The position numbers and the translations under genes were made by a program. The notes beneath the pieces were generated by a model, which was not told where the DNA came from, made no database searches, and worked only from the letters and a program-made list of their open reading frames with translations. Shown here one piece after another: positions 9,172 through 17,602 of a stretch of DNA of 62,837 bases (position 1 is the first letter of the stretch; every line of letters begins with the position of its first letter). Source of the DNA: an uncultured bacterium (GTDB lineage Bacteria > Patescibacteriota > Patescibacteriia > UBA1558 > GWA2-36-10); contig CAINYB010000022.1 in NCBI GenBank assembly GCA_903855135.1, positions 1 to 62,837 on the forward strand, read 5' to 3'.

Positions 9172-9414
9172 ATGAACGGCTCGGAATTAATCATAGGTAG
9201 AAACTATGAAATCCATGGTAATGATAGCAAAGGTTTACCGATTAGCAAAATTGTCAGAATTTTAGCGATTGACAATCAGCGTTTATTGGTTGATCGTTTT
9301 GGTTTTCACTATCCTGGAGTCAAGGTTGAAGTTCTGCGTGATGCTGAACAAATTTTTTTGTCCTTGCTGAATTTTATGGCTTTGCAGCCAGTTCTACAAG
9401 AGGAGGAAGAGTGA
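9172..9414 (+). CDS. ORFan, GC-enriched island 1
   Basis: Start moved to ATG 9172 (GGAGGA SD 5 nt upstream); 80 aa; followed by hairpin about 9421-9470. Confidence 0.5.
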   Translation: MNGSELIIGRNYEIHGNDSKGLPISKIVRILAIDNQRLLVDRFGFHYPGVKVEVLRDAEQIFLSLLNFMALQPVLQEEEE

Positions 9415-9609
9415 TCATTGGGGTCGTTTCGTGGAGTAAGCTACGCTTGCTTTGCGAAACGGCCTTTTATATTTGTCTAACTTTAGCCATTTTAGTTTAT
9501 TTTTTACTTTCATGTAGCTGTTTCCGGCAATGATTTCCCGATTCGCGGGAAAATGTGCGTTTCTTTGACTAGATTAACTCGTCTTGTTTTAATCCCGTCG
9601 AAGGCGGGA

Positions 9610-9638
9610 TTGACAAAACATCATCTTTATTGTAATAT
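9610..9638 (+). promoter_or_regulatory. sigma70-like promoter TTGACA-17-TAATAT
   Basis: Read directly: TTGACA 9610-9615, TAATAT 9633-9638, upstream of ORF 9699. Confidence 0.6.
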
Positions 9639-9698
9639 GTTGAATTGTCGGGTTTTGTTCTTTTCACAGCAGCAGTTGTCAGCAGAGGAGCTTCAAGT

Positions 9699-9968
9699 AT
9701 GACAAAATTGATTCAAGTCAAAAACATTGAGATCGGCCTCAGTGTTTTGAAAGAAATGGCTATTGATCTTGAGCTCGAAGCCCAAGGTCTTAGCGGCGAA
9801 ACAGCATCAGAAGCTTGGACTCGACACCATCGTGTCAATGCGGTGGTTTTGAGATGTGAGTCATTACTACGAGCCGGGCAGACAAGCGATGTTCACACTT
9901 TATTGTTTGCTGAAGGCATCAATGTCACTGGACGTATTAAACAACAGCAGAGGAGTCCAAGGCGATGA
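9699..9968 (+). CDS. ORFan, member of small paralogous family (island 1)
   Basis: Start moved to ATG 9699 (AGAGGAG SD); 89 aa; C-terminal AVVLRC..LL....V..LL...GI motif shared with the next two ORFs. Confidence 0.55.
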   Translation: MTKLIQVKNIEIGLSVLKEMAIDLELEAQGLSGETASEAWTRHHRVNAVVLRCESLLRAGQTSDVHTLLFAEGINVTGRIKQQQRSPRR

Positions 9969-10261
9969 AGAGGCTTTTTAGCTTGATAGGTTTGTTCAGG
10001 TCCAAGCCTGAGCTTTTTGTGTCTATGAATAGTCCTTCGCCACAAGAAGCCTTGGATGCTTTACGTGCTAAAGCAAAGATCTTAAGAGCACAAGCTGTGC
10101 ACTTTTGCCCGGGTTCTACCATATACCAGGATTCGCTAAGCAGAGCTACTGCGGCTGAGCAAGCTGTCGTACGGTGTGTGGGCTTGCTTGAGCGTCAAGA
10201 CTATAGCACAGTAAGATCAATTTTACTGAGTCATGGCATTGACACTCCTGTTACACGATAG
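9965..10261 (+). CDS. ORFan, paralog of 9699 ORF
   Basis: 98 aa; ATGA start/stop overlap with previous ORF; AGAGGAG SD; shared C-terminal motif AVVRC..LL; terminator hairpin 10272-10315. Confidence 0.55.
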   Translation: MKRLFSLIGLFRSKPELFVSMNSPSPQEALDALRAKAKILRAQAVHFCPGSTIYQDSLSRATAAEQAVVRCVGLLERQDYSTVRSILLSHGIDTPVTR

Positions 10262-10326
10262 CGGTCGAGCAGTCACTTTTGGTTCATAACAAGAACCCCT
10301 GTGACTGCTTTTTCATTTATTTAAAA

Positions 10327-10355
10327 TTGACAAAGAGCAGGTTTTTATTTAAGCT
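10327..10355 (+). promoter_or_regulatory. sigma70-like promoter TTGACA-17-TAAGCT
   Basis: Read directly upstream of ORF 10403. Confidence 0.5.
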
Positions 10356-10402
10356 AGAGATGGAAAAAAGTTCCTTGCACTATTTAAACGGAGGGTGAGA
10401 AC

Positions 10403-10783
10403 ATGGGTCACAAAAGATTTGTAACAGCGCCAGATGGCATCAATGAAGTGACTGGTGAAGATTGGCCAGATACTGATGGTCAAGTAGTGTCATTTTTTGA
10501 AAAAGGAGAACATGTTATTACCAGACAAATGCTCATAGACAGTGGCGTCAGAGTAGAATCTTTGGCTACTAATCCCAGGGACGCTTGGATCAATGTGGCT
10601 ATACGTATGATCAATGTTCTGAAGACTGACAGCGATGGTCAATTACAGAAATTTGATGTAGCCGAGCTAGATCGTCTGGTCAGCATCATGACTGTTGGTG
10701 TGGATTGTTTACGTGATCGAGATTTCCCTGCTTTGCAGCATGTTTTGCGAGAGAGGGGTTTCTTGCAACGCGTCGGTCAATAG
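10403..10783 (+). CDS. ORFan, distant paralog of the 9699/9965 ORFs
   Basis: 126 aa; GGAGGGTGA SD; C-terminus VGVDCLRDRDFPALQHVLRERGF resembles the family motif. Confidence 0.6.
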   Translation: MGHKRFVTAPDGINEVTGEDWPDTDGQVVSFFEKGEHVITRQMLIDSGVRVESLATNPRDAWINVAIRMINVLKTDSDGQLQKFDVAELDRLVSIMTVGVDCLRDRDFPALQHVLRERGFLQRVGQ

Positions 10784-10795
10784 CCGGACATCAAG

Positions 10796-10822
10796 CCACC
10801 GTCTTCGGACGGTGGTTTTTTT
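10796..10822 (+). terminator. intrinsic terminator CCACCGTC-TTCG-GACGGTGG + T7
   Basis: Perfect 8-bp GC stem with UUCG loop and T-run, read directly. Confidence 0.8.
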
Positions 10823-11258
10823 AATTTTTTACAAATTTAAATCTTGGCATAAGTTTGCCATCAACTCCTAAATTTATTATTTTTTCTTTTATACTTTCAG
10901 GATAAAGTAAAATGTTTTGTAAATTTTTTATTTTTACCCATTGTAAATCATATAGATTGCCAGCTGTTTGCCTTTTTAATTCGGGACCACCAAGCTTAAT
11001 TTTACCACTAAAGCTCTTGGTTAAAAAATAATAGCCATGATGATATTCGTCTTCTATTTCCCACAATAATTTATCTAAAGTAATATCTAAATTCGTTTCT
11101 TCTTTGATTTCCCTAATAGCTGTTTGCTCTGGGCTTTCACCGATTTCAATAGTTCCGCCAGGAATAGAAAAATATTTTTGGCCAAATTTATTACGATGCA
11201 TTAAAAGAATTTCATCTTCTTTTAAAATAATGACCGCTGAACGTTTATGGTAAGGCAT
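10821..11258 (-). CDS. Nudix hydrolase
   Basis: 145 aa; Nudix box GGTIEIGESPEQTAIREIKEETNL. Confidence 0.8.
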   Translation of the reverse strand: MPYHKRSAVIILKEDEILLMHRNKFGQKYFSIPGGTIEIGESPEQTAIREIKEETNLDITLDKLLWEIEDEYHHGYYFLTKSFSGKIKLGGPELKRQTAGNLYDLQWVKIKNLQNILLYPESIKEKIINLGVDGKLMPRFKFVKN

Positions 11259-11313
11259 AATTTGTATTTTATTTTTTACTAAAATCCCTGCCCCGTGAGG
11301 GGCAGGGTATTTC

Positions 11314-14259
11314 TTATTTCATATCACAACTTCCTTTAAATCCACATTGTTTACTGCACTCTGTACAGCCTCCTAATTTGACCATCACGCCTTGTTTGCA
11401 ATTAGGACAGATGTTTCCCGTGCTAGAACCATAGTTGCTGTCTGGGATTACTACAGGCTCTACAGTAGGCTCTTTGGCGGGTTCAAAGTGTTGGTGTGGA
11501 TTTTGCATTTCTGGAATTTCTACTTTATCTTTTTCTGCAAAAACTACAACTTTATCATCTCCACTAGATTTTTTGTAAGACATGTTCTTTTTTTCCGTAT
11601 CAGCAGAAGTAGAGAGTACTTGTTCAGTGCGAGAGTTATCGCGGTAAATTGTCACGCCTTTGCAACCAAGTTCATAAGCTTTTTCATAAAGCTCGGCGGT
11701 TTCTTCAACGCTGAAATTGGCAGGTGCATTAGCAGTTTTAGAAATAGAGGAGTCAGTCCAACGTTGTACAGCTGCTTGTACTCGGATGTGATCCATCGGG
11801 CTTAAGTCCATAGCAGAGACAAAAAATTCTGGTAACTTTTCTGTTTCGTCTTGGTAAGCGACAGCCAGTGGGATAAGCACTTCATGAAAACCTAGACGAC
11901 TTTGTCTAAAAAACTTGAAAGCATAATATGGTTCGATGCCAGTCGAGGTACCGAGCATAGAGCCGACAGTGCCGGTTGGTGCTTGGGTAGTCAAAGTGAC
12001 ATTGCGAATACCTTTTTCGCGGATAGCATTGCGTACATCGTCAGGCATAGTTTTCATAAAGCCAGAGTCAAGGAATTTTTCCGCTTCAAATTTAGGGAAA
12101 GCACCTTTTTCTTGAGCTAGCTCAGCTGACGCTTTGTACATCTCTTGGGTGATGATGTTATAGATTTTATCTATAAACTCCAAAGACTCATCAGAGCCAT
12201 AGCGCATACGTAATTTGATCAACAGTTCACCAAGTCCTAGCGTACCACCACCGACACGACGCTCTGATTTTTGATTGTCTTCATTTTCTTTAAAGTGATA
12301 AGGAGTAAGGTCAATGATATTATCTAAAAAACGAGTGAGGAGGCGGGCAGATTTTTTCAAAGCATCCCAATTCATTTTATAAACTGGACCGACAGTATCT
12401 TCACCGATGCTTTCGGCAAACGAAGCAAGGTATAAATGTCCTAAATTACAGACGCCCCAGCCTGGCAAGCCCTGTTCACCACAAGGATTGGTAGCAATGA
12501 TTTTATTAAAGTAATAAGAGTTGGATAATTTATTGTAGCGCTCCATAAAGACGATGCCAGGTTCAGCAGAAGCGTGAGCAGAAGCGATAATTTTATTCCA
12601 AAGTTCACGCGCTTTGATAGTCTTATATACTTTGGTTGGGTAGCCCATTTTTTTCCAAGCGTGTAAATCACCATTCCAAGTCTGATGATAGATTTCAGAG
12701 TAAGTCGGATTTTCATAATCAGGAAATTCTAAATTCCAATATTGGTCATGCTTGACGGCAGACATAAATTCATCAGACACCATGACAGAAATATTAGCAT
12801 TTTCTATTTGGCCAGCTGTGGTTTTACTTTCAATAAATTCTATCACATCAGGATGCCAGTCCCATTGCATCAGCATCAAAGCACCACGACGAGAACCACC
12901 TTGCTCGATCAAAGCTGTAGTGTAGGAGAAAAGTCCACCCCAAGAAACTGAGCCAGAGGATTTGCCGTGCACACCTTTGACATAAGCGTAGTGTGGGCGA
13001 AGGGCACTCAAAGACATACCAACGCCACCACCACGAGACATGATTTCTACCATCTGATAAAGCGTATCTTGGATAATACCACGACGTGAGTCAGCGGGAT
13101 TTGGGATAACGTAGCAATTAAACAAAGTAAGATTGCCAGTATAGTGATCTTTGCTATCGACATTAGCTCCGGTCATGATACGACCAGCAGGTTGAATATA
13201 TTTTTTATTTAGTTGTTCAAAAAATTCTTCCAAGTATTGAGTTTTTTTCTCGTCAGTTTTTTCTATGCTAGCTACTGCTTTAGCAACTCGGCGATGAGCA
13301 TCGTCGATGGACTCTATGGGCTTATCGCATTTGCGCAATTCTTGGGTGAATTCAAAATTATTTTCTTGATCGGCATAAATACCAGTCACCATATGTAAGA
13401 CCACGCGACCGTCGTCTAATATTTTTTTGATGACACCCAAATCTTTTTTCGGATATTTACGATCTTCTTTGGTGATGACGATCACTAAATCACCAGTTTC
13501 AATATCATCTTTTTTTTGTTTGATCGAATATCTATCTAAGAAAATAATTCTACCCAAAGCATCAAAATTGACGGATTGATTTAAGATGTGTTTAGCTTGT
13601 TTGCTTAAAAAAATATTTTTAGCTTCCAAGTCTTTTACTTCTTGGCAAGTCACTTCTTTGCCGTACTCAAGGCGCGCTTTTTTGCGCTGCTCACGATATA
13701 AAATAAAAGCTTTAGCAGTTTTAGCCCAGTTGTTTTGGATCAAAATAATTTCTATTACATCTTGGATTTCTTCCACAGTCGGAATTATTTTGCCATCAAA
13801 CTTATGTTCTAAAACTCCCAAAACAATGTCAGCTAATTTTTGTGCTTCTTGAGCATCAAACTCTCCAGTAGCAAGGCCAGCTTTTTGGATAGCATTAAAA
13901 ACTTTAGCTTTATCAAAGTCAACGATAGTGCCGTCACGCTTTTTAATTTTTTTCACTTCATCAGCGGTTTGGAAGTTAAGATTTTGGTGGTGGGAGCGGG
14001 ACTTAAAATAAGCACTGGAGGCTGAAGCCAGCTCATTATCTAACAAAATTATGTTCACTGCTGTACGCACATCGTCAGCTGATAAATAATCAGTGTCAAA
14101 ATTTTCCTCTAAGTACCGGATAATATCATCTGTCAGTTTTTCGGCCCTGTTTTCAGCTTCAAGTCCTGCTGACTGTAAAGCAGCCTTCAGGGAGAGGACT
14201 AGTTTGTGCTGGTCAAAGTTTTCTTTTTGACCATTGCGTTTGACAATTTGCTTGAGCAT
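11314..14259 (-). CDS. nrdJ: adenosylcobalamin-dependent (class II) ribonucleotide reductase with N-terminal ATP-cones and C-terminal Cys-rich zinc-ribbon tail
   Basis: 981 aa; ATP-cone VKRNG..E.F...K, catalytic NPCGEQ, TNPCGE region, tail CPNCK..CTECSKQC. Confidence 0.9.
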   Translation of the reverse strand: MLKQIVKRNGQKENFDQHKLVLSLKAALQSAGLEAENRAEKLTDDIIRYLEENFDTDYLSADDVRTAVNIILLDNELASASSAYFKSRSHHQNLNFQTADEVKKIKKRDGTIVDFDKAKVFNAIQKAGLATGEFDAQEAQKLADIVLGVLEHKFDGKIIPTVEEIQDVIEIILIQNNWAKTAKAFILYREQRKKARLEYGKEVTCQEVKDLEAKNIFLSKQAKHILNQSVNFDALGRIIFLDRYSIKQKKDDIETGDLVIVITKEDRKYPKKDLGVIKKILDDGRVVLHMVTGIYADQENNFEFTQELRKCDKPIESIDDAHRRVAKAVASIEKTDEKKTQYLEEFFEQLNKKYIQPAGRIMTGANVDSKDHYTGNLTLFNCYVIPNPADSRRGIIQDTLYQMVEIMSRGGGVGMSLSALRPHYAYVKGVHGKSSGSVSWGGLFSYTTALIEQGGSRRGALMLMQWDWHPDVIEFIESKTTAGQIENANISVMVSDEFMSAVKHDQYWNLEFPDYENPTYSEIYHQTWNGDLHAWKKMGYPTKVYKTIKARELWNKIIASAHASAEPGIVFMERYNKLSNSYYFNKIIATNPCGEQGLPGWGVCNLGHLYLASFAESIGEDTVGPVYKMNWDALKKSARLLTRFLDNIIDLTPYHFKENEDNQKSERRVGGGTLGLGELLIKLRMRYGSDESLEFIDKIYNIITQEMYKASAELAQEKGAFPKFEAEKFLDSGFMKTMPDDVRNAIREKGIRNVTLTTQAPTGTVGSMLGTSTGIEPYYAFKFFRQSRLGFHEVLIPLAVAYQDETEKLPEFFVSAMDLSPMDHIRVQAAVQRWTDSSISKTANAPANFSVEETAELYEKAYELGCKGVTIYRDNSRTEQVLSTSADTEKKNMSYKKSSGDDKVVVFAEKDKVEIPEMQNPHQHFEPAKEPTVEPVVIPDSNYGSSTGNICPNCKQGVMVKLGGCTECSKQCGFKGSCDMK

Positions 14260-14316
14260 AGATTTTTGTTTAATTTTTTATATTTAAAAAAAGAAATTAT
14301 TTAGTAAAATAAAAAG

Positions 14317-14366
14317 CCTTAATATATATTTTGGCTAATTTTGTGGTACAACACTATATATAGTGC
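14317..14366 (-). promoter_or_regulatory. putative tandem NrdR boxes upstream of nrdJ
   Basis: Palindrome ACACTATATATAGTG at 14351-14365 matches the remembered NrdR-box consensus; second AT palindrome AATATATATT centred about 32 bp away. Confidence 0.45.
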
Positions 14367-14547
14367 CAGAAAGAATTATAGCACACAAGATAGAGTTTTA
14401 CCAAATTTTATTTTTATTTTAGTGATTTTTCTTTTCGCTTGTAATTATAGAGTCTTTTTTTGAAAAAGTCTAATCTAGTTTTTAGATTGCCAAATGGCCT
14501 TATTTTTGTTATATTTGAGGAAGTTTTGATTATTAAATGAATTTTAT

Positions 14548-14742
14548 ATGGCTTTCAAAAAGCAGCCAAAACACAATTTTAAACCCAAAGCCAGTTCTAA
14601 AGTGCCAACTGTAGAAGGTCCATTGATGGATCCAGTTTTATATGTGGGAGATTTGGATTTAGAAAAATACCCAAGATTAGAGCAAAAACAGGATGATAGA
14701 AATACTCAAGAAGTAGAAAATCCGCTTAATCAAAGACGTTAA
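14548..14742 (+). CDS. hypothetical small protein
   Basis: 64-aa ORF followed by hairpin AAAATCGTTAGAAATAGCGATTTT; no family recognised. Confidence 0.35.
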   Translation: MAFKKQPKHNFKPKASSKVPTVEGPLMDPVLYVGDLDLEKYPRLEQKQDDRNTQEVENPLNQRR

Positions 14743-14836
14743 GTTTATATAGAAAATCGTTAGAAATAGCGATTTTTTGTTTTGGCTAATATTAGCCATT
14801 TTTATGTGTTTTGAGCTATTTATAGAGGCTTATGAC

Positions 14837-14865
14837 TTGACAAGCATTAGAAAGCATGCTATTAT
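14837..14865 (+). promoter_or_regulatory. sigma70-like promoter TTGACA-17-TATTAT
   Basis: Read directly; about 380 nt upstream of the ATG at 15248. Confidence 0.55.
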
Positions 14866-15247
14866 GTTTCTTTACAGATAAAGAAGCGGATATTTTACAA
14901 GTGAATATTTTTAAAAGGAAGGAGAGAGCCTTTTTAAACAAGTATTAAAGATAATAAGCGTTTTGGCTTTCTACAACCTTTTTTAGGTAGTCAAAACATT
15001 TATTATCTTTTTTGTTTAGGGAAAATAGTGGAGAGGAGAGAGCGATATTTTTCATCTTCACCATTTTCTCTAAAAGATATTTTGGAGATTGCTTGTTCTT
15101 TAAAAAACTTGTTTGTTATTTTGCCACCTCATTCTTCTTGAGAATTTCACTTTTGATTTTTAATTTAGAAATTAGAAGCGAAGTTCTCAAAGGGGGAACT
15201 AAACACATCCATTTGCATTCAATGTGCAGGTGGAAAAGGAGGATATC

Positions 15248-15574
15248 ATGAGAATCAAGGAGACACTTGCCTTGTTTGCGGCCATTTGCGTGGCTGCTGC
15301 GGGTCTGCTCTCCATGCAGACCTTGCATGACCTTGGTGCACTGGCTTACCAGTGGCCACAGGTCATGTGCACGAGCAGGAGACTCACTTATGGCTTTCTG
15401 GCCATGGGTGGCATCTCGCTGCTCTTGGCGGGCGTAGTCTTTGTGTGTCAGTCGGCACATAAGGGCTACAAACTGATCGGCCTAATCGGCAGAAGTTGGC
15501 GTTTTAGCCGGCTTCGCTGGAAGTTTCGCTGTTGGTGCTATAGCATGCATCGCAGTGAGTTTGGCCGCTTGTAA
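15248..15574 (+). CDS. GC-rich ORFan membrane protein (island 2)
   Basis: Start moved to ATG 15248 (AAGGAGG SD); 108 aa; two hydrophobic helices then Arg/Trp/Cys-rich tail. Confidence 0.55.
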   Translation: MRIKETLALFAAICVAAAGLLSMQTLHDLGALAYQWPQVMCTSRRLTYGFLAMGGISLLLAGVVFVCQSAHKGYKLIGLIGRSWRFSRLRWKFRCWCYSMHRSEFGRL

Positions 15575-15694
15575 CTCAGCCGGGGTTTAAGTAGATTTTC
15601 CCTGTAAATAAAAATCTACGTTAAGGTAAGTTAGCTAACCTTAAATAGCTGACAAGGTTTAAAAAAAGGAGAAAGTTCTGGTAAAACTTTCTCC

Positions 15695-15758
15695 CTCTGT
15701 CTCGAGATGTATGTCTCGACTGATGAGCCCTTCGATAAAAACTCAGGGCGAAACAGAG
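15695..15758 (+). ncRNA. hammerhead self-cleaving ribozyme, type III topology
   Basis: CUCUG-UC|UCGAGA(UGUAUG)UCUCGA-CUGAUGA-GCCCU(13 nt)AGGGC-GAAA-CAGAG: all invariant core nucleotides, three Watson-Crick stems, GUC cleavage triplet (cut after C15701). Confidence 0.8.
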
Positions 15759-15967
15759 AAATTGTTCTTTCCCTTCGACTCATCCCGTCAAACGGGATTC
15801 GCTCAGGGTGAAAGATGATTTGTTCTTTGATAAAAATTTTGGCAAATATTTCTTGTTTCGTTTTAGAAGTTAAATTAATTTTTAGAACGAAGCAAGAAAA
15901 AATGTTTTGTACAGACTCAAAGAGAGTTTGTAGAGCATTGCTTGTCCTTGCTTCAAAGGAGGATAAA

Positions 15968-16501
15968 ATGAACGCGAATACCGCCGTCCCTACCCACACC
16001 ATCATTCGCCCTGGGCAAGTGTGGTCTGACTTTGGACCACAAGATGTCCTAGTTCTAGGTCCGCCTCAGCCATTGCCCAATGGACAGTTTGCTGTCACGG
16101 TGGTGTGTCTATCACAGCACAAGGCTGGTCCGCTGGCGCTATGTGAGTTGGTGTTATTCGAACCATTGGCTGGTGGCATGGAAGGCGTGATCCTACAGTT
16201 TCATGCCATAGCCACTGTACTATGTGAAGATTTGGTTCTTCACATGTGGGATGTGGATGACAGTGCGTTCCCTCTTATCAAGGAAACTTGGAAGTATGCG
16301 AGTGGTCTTCGTGGGCGACCGCAGACGGAAGAGTTCCCTGGTGTCCCAGATCTTTCATGGGATATTGGAGAGGAAGTGCCCAGCTTTGAGGAACTTCGAG
16401 CAATCGGAAATCCGATCGGCTGGAATCAGTCTTGGGCATTGTCGCTCATGTCTGATATGATCGCGCGGTTTCATGCCGCCCTTCACGCTGGCGAAGAGTA
16501 A
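15968..16501 (+). CDS. GC-rich ORFan (island 2)
   Basis: Start moved to ATG 15968 (AAAGGAGGA SD); 177 aa; followed by hairpin GGGAGAATT..AATTCTCCC. Confidence 0.55.
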   Translation: MNANTAVPTHTIIRPGQVWSDFGPQDVLVLGPPQPLPNGQFAVTVVCLSQHKAGPLALCELVLFEPLAGGMEGVILQFHAIATVLCEDLVLHMWDVDDSAFPLIKETWKYASGLRGRPQTEEFPGVPDLSWDIGEEVPSFEELRAIGNPIGWNQSWALSLMSDMIARFHAALHAGEE

Positions 16502-16827
16502 GCCAGTAAAGGTTATCGGGAGAATTACCTTTAAAATTCTCCCTCTCTACTCCAGCTTATTATTTATTGAGAGAGTAAATAATAAGTTGAAGTGGCATCG
16601 TAAAATGATTTTATGATGGACAGGAAACAAAATTTGTAGTATAAATAAATATTATTAAATCAGTAAAAGCTCGCAAGGGCAGGAAAAGTATTTCTATTAG
16701 CATCTTTTCAAAATTCTCTCTCCTTTGAAAAAATGTAGGAATTCTTTTCATCACTGCGCTTGCGAACTCTTGCTGATTTTTTGTTTCAAAAAAAGAAGCC
16801 CCGGGTTCATCCCGGGGCGTGTGATGA

Positions 16828-17226
16828 TCATTCAAAGTCAGCATTGAGTTTATCGACTACCAGTTCGAGCGTGGCAGTGAAATTATTCTCATTAAAGGCT
16901 CTGACAAATCGATGCGCTTCGTGTTCTTGGTCTAATCCAGTTAAAGAAAAAACCAAAAGCTCTTCTGATGTTAGCACGCTCGCTAGATACATGATGGCAT
17001 AGCCACCAAACTCTAGACCATTGATCATTGCTTTTAAGCGAGGGATTTGTTCAGAGCAGTCTTTTAAAGCAAGGACAATGGTGATATCTGGATTAGCGTG
17101 TTCATCTACAAAGTAACAGTTGGCATCATTTAATATTTTGTATACCTTATTATGTACGGTATTCTCAAGGTCATGACCAACAAGACAAATTTTGACTGGG
17201 GTTGGGAAGTTAGGTACATCAGGCAT
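16828..17226 (-). CDS. ORFan, second gene of a coupled pair
   Basis: Start moved to ATG 17226 (GGAGG SD inside the upstream ORF); 132 aa; terminator GCCCCGGG-TTCAT-CCCGGGGC downstream. Confidence 0.55.
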   Translation of the reverse strand: MPDVPNFPTPVKICLVGHDLENTVHNKVYKILNDANCYFVDEHANPDITIVLALKDCSEQIPRLKAMINGLEFGGYAIMYLASVLTSEELLVFSLTGLDQEHEAHRFVRAFNENNFTATLELVVDKLNADFE

Positions 17227-17572
17227 GATTGATACCTCCGATTTCTTCAGTGAGGAAGCAGAGCTTCTCAACTGTATTTTTACTTACTAGACGGCGATTA
17301 AAACGGTTGCTACCCAAAATTCGGAAAGAGCCAGTGATAAAAGACACTTCTACTAGGATGAAATGCTTGAGTTTGATATTTTGAATTCTGAAAGTCAGAC
17401 TTTCGAATTCGCCCTTACTAATCGTGACTACTACTTGAGCAGTAGCTACTTCACGAAATACATGATGGCCTAAAGCATTGAGTAGAGCTTTATATTGCTC
17501 TAATAAACAGAACGCTTTGTGGCTCAGTTGTTTTGGTTCTGTGAGGTTGATGATCAATCTTTGCCGTGCCAT
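17219..17572 (-). CDS. ORFan, first gene of a coupled pair
   Basis: 117 aa; AAAGGAGG SD; 8-nt overlap with the next ORF; 30 nt downstream of the beta-CASP gene. Confidence 0.55.
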   Translation of the reverse strand: MARQRLIINLTEPKQLSHKAFCLLEQYKALLNALGHHVFREVATAQVVVTISKGEFESLTFRIQNIKLKHFILVEVSFITGSFRILGSNRFNRRLVSKNTVEKLCFLTEEIGGINHA

Positions 17573-17602
17573 TTTGTGCCTCCTTTAGCTTTTGAATGAT
17601 TT

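Noticed and set aside
11392-14025. Several plus-strand ORFs (11392, 11902, 12742, 13213, 13586, 13840) and the minus-strand ORF 12441
   Set aside because: These are antisense or out-of-frame shadows inside nrdJ. The same judgement applies to 1090-1296, 2940-3179, 17949/18586, 19661-19885, 25313/25540, 28324, 33507, 34695, 39985, 43046, 43795, 48088/48104, 52805-53920, 56824, 57921, 59647 and 59943/60037.
15771-15814. Second hammerhead immediately downstream of the first
   Set aside because: It has the stem-II-like CCCTTCGA...CTCAGGG and GAAAG but no CUGAUGA and no stem I. I treat it as a degenerate echo or repeat element.
15012-16460. ORFs 15012-15251, 15116-15460(-), 15631-16005(-) and 16224-16460
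   Set aside because: They have no SD and overlap better-supported ORFs, the leader or the ribozyme. 15631-16005(-) runs antisense through the hammerhead.
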